Shown here: positions 58,957 to 64,000 of the stretch, piece after piece
Layout of the letters: every line of letters begins with the position of its first letter
Numbering within the stretch: the first letter of the stretch is position 1
Assembly: GCA_902762495.1 (NCBI GenBank)
Contig: CACWOL010000004.1
Location: 355 to 64,354, forward strand
From: an uncultured bacterium
GTDB taxonomy: Bacteria > Verrucomicrobiota > Lentisphaeria > Victivallales > UBA1829
Reading direction: 5' to 3'
DNA length: 64,000 nucleotides
Position numbers and translations under genes: made by a program
Notes under the pieces: generated by a model
Database searches by the model: none
The model's input: the letters and a program-made list of their open reading frames with translations, nothing else
What the model was told of the DNA's origin: nothing

Positions 58957-61077
58957 TCAATCCTTCGGCAGGTTGGTGCCCCATTTTTTCATCAGGGCGT
59001 CGTACTCGGTCTGGCCGAGCGTGATGACGCCGCCGTGACGGAACCGGTACGGGAACTCCAGCCCGCGTTCGGACGGGGCGAAATCGCCCTTCGAGAGGTC
59101 GTCGCAGAAGAACGCCTTGTAGCCCTGGCCGCGCGAATAGTAGTCGATGATCATGCACCAGCGGCCGTCGGCCATGCGGAAGCATTCCGGCCCCTCGTAG
59201 CCGACGAAGTTCTTCACGGGGAATCCGGGCACGGGCTTCCATTCGCCCTCGAGCGAATCGGAGACCTCCAGGATGATGGATTTCTGCGTCTCGTCCTTGG
59301 AGAACCGGTAGAGCTTGCCGCCCTCGGACACGATGTCGGTGTCGATGATGTCGTTCGGCTTCTCGATGTAGAGTTTCGCCGGGGTGAACGTCTTGAAGTC
59401 CTTCGTGCGGGCGGAGTAGATGCGCTGGCGGTTCGAGCCGTTCAGCGTTTCGCGCGACGCCCAGAAGACGAAGAACTCTTTCTTATCGGCGTCCCAGAAC
59501 GCCTCCGGGGCCCACGTGCAGCCCGCGTTCGGCACGGCGACCTCCACGCGGCGCGGCTCGCTCCAGTTCACCATGTCCTTGGACTCCCACACGATGATCG
59601 CCTTGCTGCCCGCGCGCTGGGCGCGTCCCCAGTCGCCATTGCGCCCGATGCACAGGTCGGTCGCGATGAGGTAGATCATGCCGTTGTCGGGATTGCGGAC
59701 GATATACGGATCGCGCACGCCGCCTTCGCCGAGGTTGCTCTGAAGCACGGACTTCCCGCCGTTCAGCGGCTGCCACTTCGCGCCGTCCTTGCTGATGGCG
59801 AAGAAGATCTGTTCCCATTCGTTCGAGCGTTCGCCGCGGAAGTGGGCGAAGAGATAGCCCGCGGTCTTGCCGTCTCCGGCGGGCTTCGCGGCGTCATTTT
59901 TCGAGGCGGCGGCGGGGGCCGGTGCGAGCTGCGCGGGCAGTTTCCAGGTCTTCTGGTACTTCGCGACCGGCTTTTCGCCCTCCCATTCGAGCGGGAGCCA
60001 GATGTACTGGCTGGTCATCAGGTTCTGCGGCTTCCAGCTGTCCAGCATCACCACACGTTCTTCCTTGCCGTCCTTGCCCGGCACGGTGAAGCTGTGCGCC
60101 GTCTGCCCCTCGTAGGTGCGGTCAGCGCCCTGCCCGACCGCGAAATTGCCGAGTTCGCGCCACGGCCCGGTGATCTTGTCGGCGACCGCGGTACGCCCGG
60201 GGTTCGGATTCCAGCCGGTGCAGTGCGAACCGAGCAGGTAATACTTGCCGTCGTGACGGAACACGACCGGCGCTTCGTAGGATTTCCCCTCGAGGATGCG
60301 CCACCAGCGGCCGGTGAATCCGGTGTACTCGTCATTCAGCTCCACGATGTGCATGGTCTGGTTGTTCTCCGACGCGCAGAAGAGATACGCCTTGCCGTCG
60401 TCGTCCACGAACACCGTCATGTCGCGGCTTTCCTGACCGGGCTGGTAATTCTCCACGAGGCGCGCGAACTGCCGGTCGTAGGTCTGCGATTTCCCCTCGG
60501 CGTAATCCTTCAGTCCGGCGGGCAGATTGACCGGCCAGGTGCCCGGCGCGGTGCGGCCGCTGTAGAGGTGCTTGAACGGTCCGGTCGGCGAGTCGGCGAT
60601 GCCGCAGCCCACGAACGCGGAGTTGTAGTTGCCGCCGGATTCCTGATGGAACCACAGCACATACTTTTTCGTTTTCGCGTTGTAGACCACCTTCGGACGC
60701 TCGATGTTCGCCCCGAACGAGAATCCGAACCCGCGGCGTCCGCCGGGCTGCTGTCCCTGCGTCTGCATGGTCGCGGAATCAAACACCAGCCCTTCGTCTT
60801 TCCAGTTGTAAAGGTCTTTCGAGCTGTACGCGTGCACCCCGGTCTTCCGGTCGCGCGTGCGGTGTTCGCCGTACCAGTAGTAGGTGTCGCCGACTTTCAG
60901 CATGCAGCCGCCGTGCGCGCTGATGTGCGCGCCGTTGTTGTCCGGCCAGACTGTGGCATGGTTCGTGAATTCGCTCAGCTTGGGGACGCTGTTCTGTGCG
61001 GACGCGGTGAACGCCGCGGCGCAGAGCATGACGGCGGCCGCGACCGCCGGACGGATGAGATTCGTGCGGAAAAACAT
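58957..61077 (-). CDS. Secreted tandem GH43-GH43 glycoside hydrolase
   Basis: Domain 1: AHGG..YYWYGE..IERPKV..SRDM (exo-beta-1,3-galactanase-like). Domain 2: YLFAHF..GVRDP..TWAPE..IDT..EGP..RHG. Confidence 0.88.
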   Translation of the reverse strand: MFFRTNLIRPAVAAAVMLCAAAFTASAQNSVPKLSEFTNHATVWPDNNGAHISAHGGCMLKVGDTYYWYGEHRTRDRKTGVHAYSSKDLYNWKDEGLVFDSATMQTQGQQPGGRRGFGFSFGANIERPKVVYNAKTKKYVLWFHQESGGNYNSAFVGCGIADSPTGPFKHLYSGRTAPGTWPVNLPAGLKDYAEGKSQTYDRQFARLVENYQPGQESRDMTVFVDDDGKAYLFCASENNQTMHIVELNDEYTGFTGRWWRILEGKSYEAPVVFRHDGKYYLLGSHCTGWNPNPGRTAVADKITGPWRELGNFAVGQGADRTYEGQTAHSFTVPGKDGKEERVVMLDSWKPQNLMTSQYIWLPLEWEGEKPVAKYQKTWKLPAQLAPAPAAASKNDAAKPAGDGKTAGYLFAHFRGERSNEWEQIFFAISKDGAKWQPLNGGKSVLQSNLGEGGVRDPYIVRNPDNGMIYLIATDLCIGRNGDWGRAQRAGSKAIIVWESKDMVNWSEPRRVEVAVPNAGCTWAPEAFWDADKKEFFVFWASRETLNGSNRQRIYSARTKDFKTFTPAKLYIEKPNDIIDTDIVSEGGKLYRFSKDETQKSIILEVSDSLEGEWKPVPGFPVKNFVGYEGPECFRMADGRWCMIIDYYSRGQGYKAFFCDDLSKGDFAPSERGLEFPYRFRHGGVITLGQTEYDALMKKWGTNLPKD

Positions 61078-61268
61078 GGAAAAAACTCCTTGTTGAAGGG
61101 GTGAAACATTCATTTTCTGAATAATAGCATAACTTACATTCCATCCGGCAAAAAAACAAGCTGGATTCTTATCTTTTTAGAAAAAAGATTTCCGAAACCC
61201 TTGTTTTTTTACATTTGAAGCGTTACTGTAAATGCACGATCATTTCATCCGATGAAAGGACAAGGTGA

Positions 61269-62147
61269 ATGATGACAAAACGAAACATCATGCTGTTTCT
61301 CGCGTTCCTTGCCGTCTGTCTGGGCGGAACGGGATGCATGGCATGTTCGAAAGCTTCGATGAAATGGACCGGCAGAAAAGAGGTCCGGTTCAAGGACATC
61401 GAGTACGAGCTGTCTCCGGACAAGCAGGAACTCATCCTGACCTACGAACGCGAAAGAAAATGGTACGTTATCCCGCTGACATGGATATGCTTTGAGATCA
61501 TGCGGGACGTGCCGCCGGCCATGACTTCCGTTCAGACATTCGAAAAACACATTTCCCTCGACCCTATGCCGGACGAACTGGCAAAGAAGTATGTGGACGT
61601 TACGGTCGATCCAGCCGCGCCGAAGAAACGTTATCACTCCCGCTGGACGGATATGCCGTATTTCGACTACCATTTTCTGCACTATGTCGTGAGGCCGAAC
61701 GATCCCTTCAAAGATTTCAAGACTTATGAAGAGTTTCTGAAGGTCTATCCGCAGTTTTTATATGCGGCGACGGTTCACCCGGACGAGTTTCCGGACCTGT
61801 CCGAACCCTGGGTCCAGTCCGGCCCCAGCCCAATGATCTTCTATGGCCGCGACGGAGACCGGTATATTTACATTTCACCGGTGAGGAGCGGATGGTACGG
61901 AGTCGATTTTCCGCCCAGAGAAGACTACTCCGGATATGACAGGAAGGAGTATCTGGTCATGAAAGCCGATTCCTTCGACTGGTGCTGGAAAGTGATCTGG
62001 GCGCCGGTCGGACTCGTCGCGGACGTGGTGCTGCTGCCTGTGTCAATTCCGCTCTATTGTCTCGGGCGCATGCTTGATGGGGCTTACGGTTCGCATAGGA
62101 CCAGAGTTTGGCAGGATATGCAATTCTGGGATGATATCTACCGCTGA
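61269..62147 (+). CDS. Hypothetical putative lipoprotein
   Basis: Signal peptide ending GTG-C; C-terminal PVGLVADVVLLP resembles YceK/YidQ-type lipoproteins. Confidence 0.6.
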   Translation: MMTKRNIMLFLAFLAVCLGGTGCMACSKASMKWTGRKEVRFKDIEYELSPDKQELILTYERERKWYVIPLTWICFEIMRDVPPAMTSVQTFEKHISLDPMPDELAKKYVDVTVDPAAPKKRYHSRWTDMPYFDYHFLHYVVRPNDPFKDFKTYEEFLKVYPQFLYAATVHPDEFPDLSEPWVQSGPSPMIFYGRDGDRYIYISPVRSGWYGVDFPPREDYSGYDRKEYLVMKADSFDWCWKVIWAPVGLVADVVLLPVSIPLYCLGRMLDGAYGSHRTRVWQDMQFWDDIYR

Positions 62148-62305
62148 CGGACCGCCGGCACCCGGCGGCTTGAAACGACGATCAAAAGATGCCTGTCCCG
62201 GCGCGGAACCGGAACAGGCTTTTTATTCTGATTTCAAAGCATCGGATTCATCCGTCGAGCCTTTGCCGCAAAAAGGCAATAAGAACTCCAGCTCAACGGA
62301 TTATA

Positions 62306-62330
62306 ATTTTGGACTCACTGAGTCCAAAAT
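62306..62330. promoter_or_regulatory. Perfect 12-1-12 palindrome, operator-like
   Basis: ATTTTGGACTCA-C-TGAGTCCAAAAT overlapping TTGGAC-16-TATAAT on the minus strand. Confidence 0.55.
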
Positions 62331-62342
62331 CCTGATGCCGCC

Positions 62343-63980
62343 TCACTTGATTTCGTTCTGCATGGCAACGAGCTTGTCGGCGCCGTACATCTTGCGGAGT
62401 TTCGGCTTTTCGATCTTTCCGGTCGGGTTGCGCGGGACCTCGGCGAAGATGATCTTGCGCGGACGCTGGTAGCGCGGCAGGTCGAGGCAGAAATCGTTGA
62501 CCTGTTCCTCGGTGAGCGTGAAGTCCGGCTTGACCTCGATGATCGCGGCGGCGATTTCGCCGAGGCGCGGATCGGGGAGACCGATGACGGCGACGTCCTT
62601 GATGGCGTTGTTGCGGCGGAGGAAGTCCTCGATCTGGACGGGATAGAGGTTTTCGCCGCCGGTGATGATGACGTCCTTCTTGCGGTCGACGAGGTAGATG
62701 AAGCCGTCCTCCTCCTTCGCCATGTCGCCGGTGTAGAGCCAGCCCTCGTCGTCGAGGACCTCCTTCGTGGCCTTTTCGTCCTTGTAATAGCAGCGCATCA
62801 CGCCGTCGCCCTTCACCGCGAGCTCGCCGACCTTGCCGGGCTCGACGGGGTTGTGCTTCTCGTCGACGATTTTGGTCTGCCAGCCGTAGCCCGCCACGCC
62901 GATCGCGCCCACGTGGTCGATGTTCTCGATTCCGAGGTGCACGGCACCCGGTCCGATGGATTCGCTGAGGCCGTAGTTGGTGTCGTAGTCGTGCTTCGGG
63001 AAGACGGTCTTCCAGCGCTTGATGAGGCTGGGCGGGACCGGCTGCGCGCCGATGTGCATCAGACGCCACTGGTCGAGCTTGTAGTCCTCCAGCTTGATGT
63101 CGCCGCGGTCAATGGCGTCCAGGATGTCCTGCGCCCACGGCACGAGCAGCCAGACGACCGTGCAGTGTTCCTCGGAGACCGCGCTGATGATCCATTCAGG
63201 CTTGATGCCGCGCAGGAGCACGGCCTTGCCGCCGACCAGGAAACTGCCGAACCAGTGCATCTTCGCGCCGGTGTGGTACAGCGGCGGGATGCAGAGGAAC
63301 GTGTCCTCGCGGGTCTGGCCGTGGTGCTTCTGCTCCACGATGCAGGCGTGCATGAGGCTGCGGTGTCGGTGTACGATGGCCTTCGGGAATCCGGTGGTGC
63401 CGGAGGAGAAGTAGATCGCGGCGTCCTCGTCGTCGGAGAGCGGGATCGCCGGGGACTTGCTGGAGCAGTAGGAAACGAGGTTGTAGTACGGCTCGGCGAA
63501 CGACGGGCAGTCCTCGCCGACGTAGACCAGCGCCTTCACGCGCGGGATGCGTTCGCAGATGGACTCCACGCGGCCGATGAACGACGGTCCGAAGATGAGC
63601 ACGTCGATGTCGGCGAGCTCGATGCAGTATTTGATCTCCTCGGCGGTGTAGCGGAAGTTCAGGGGAACGGCCATCGCGCCGCTCTTCAGCACGCCGAAGT
63701 AGATCGGGAGCCATTCGAGACAGTTCATGAGCAGGATGCCCACCCGGTTGCCCTTCTTGATGTGGCGCGTGAGCAGGAAGTTCGCCACGCGGTTCGCCTT
63801 GCGGTCGAATTCGCCCCAGGTGAGTTCGGAGCGGAACGAGTCGGTCGGGCTCGGCTCCATCAGCGAGTATTCACGCCAGGTCGTGTGGCGTTTTTCGAGT
63901 TCCTGCGGGTTGATCTCCACCAGCGCGACGTCGTCTTTGTAGAGCTGGGCGTTGCGTTCCAGAATTTCGGTGATAGGCAT
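62343..63980 (-). CDS. AMP-dependent acyl-CoA synthetase (class I adenylate-forming enzyme)
   Basis: FSSGTTGFPK, YGLSE, WLYTGD, DRKKDVIITGGEN and PTGKIEK motifs. Confidence 0.95.
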   Translation of the reverse strand: MPITEILERNAQLYKDDVALVEINPQELEKRHTTWREYSLMEPSPTDSFRSELTWGEFDRKANRVANFLLTRHIKKGNRVGILLMNCLEWLPIYFGVLKSGAMAVPLNFRYTAEEIKYCIELADIDVLIFGPSFIGRVESICERIPRVKALVYVGEDCPSFAEPYYNLVSYCSSKSPAIPLSDDEDAAIYFSSGTTGFPKAIVHRHRSLMHACIVEQKHHGQTREDTFLCIPPLYHTGAKMHWFGSFLVGGKAVLLRGIKPEWIISAVSEEHCTVVWLLVPWAQDILDAIDRGDIKLEDYKLDQWRLMHIGAQPVPPSLIKRWKTVFPKHDYDTNYGLSESIGPGAVHLGIENIDHVGAIGVAGYGWQTKIVDEKHNPVEPGKVGELAVKGDGVMRCYYKDEKATKEVLDDEGWLYTGDMAKEEDGFIYLVDRKKDVIITGGENLYPVQIEDFLRRNNAIKDVAVIGLPDPRLGEIAAAIIEVKPDFTLTEEQVNDFCLDLPRYQRPRKIIFAEVPRNPTGKIEKPKLRKMYGADKLVAMQNEIK

Positions 63981-64000
63981 CGTGTTTCTTTCCGTGTGTT

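Overview
Chromosomal window from a GC-rich, LPS-containing anaerobic bacterium. The gene content (AIDA-repeat/RTX protein style, multi-OstA Lpt protein, Rnf, secreted glycoside hydrolases) suggests Lentisphaerota/Victivallales or another PVC lineage; this is inference. The core genes are pta, tRNA-Leu(GAG), kdsBAC-lptC/A-lptA-lptB, rnc, flotillin, cyclophilin, rnfABCDGE, a DinG helicase, GH35, rsmD, aroE, rpmF-plsX, GH31, an ECF sigma factor with a giant VIT-domain protein, an M32 peptidase, purB, a double GH43 and an acyl-CoA synthetase. Several accessory signals stand out. (1) Three integrase-free islets (about 2.7-4.4 kb, 18.0-20.1 kb and 53.6-58.9 kb) are each bounded by a diverged direct repeat of the upstream gene's 3' end and/or terminator. 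In the first, the repeat copies differ only by synonymous changes, which suggests capture of DNA from relatives at gene 3' ends. (2) One AT-rich islet carries a coupled ABC-type ATPase and PD-(D/E)XK-like gene pair, a candidate anti-phage system. (3) An ECF sigma factor is followed by an anti-sigma-like/VIT/TPR/LysM fusion that keeps an internal RBS. (4) A Gly/Phe/Met-rich module is shared at DNA level by unrelated genes. (5) An LptC-like domain is fused to three LptA-like domains. (6) A small protein is built from a 23-aa NGNCNG repeat. (7) At about 1790 an abrupt junction joins a truncated SMC-like (Wadjet JetC-like) gene to a truncated AraC gene. All family assignments come from motif recognition by eye, not from database searches.
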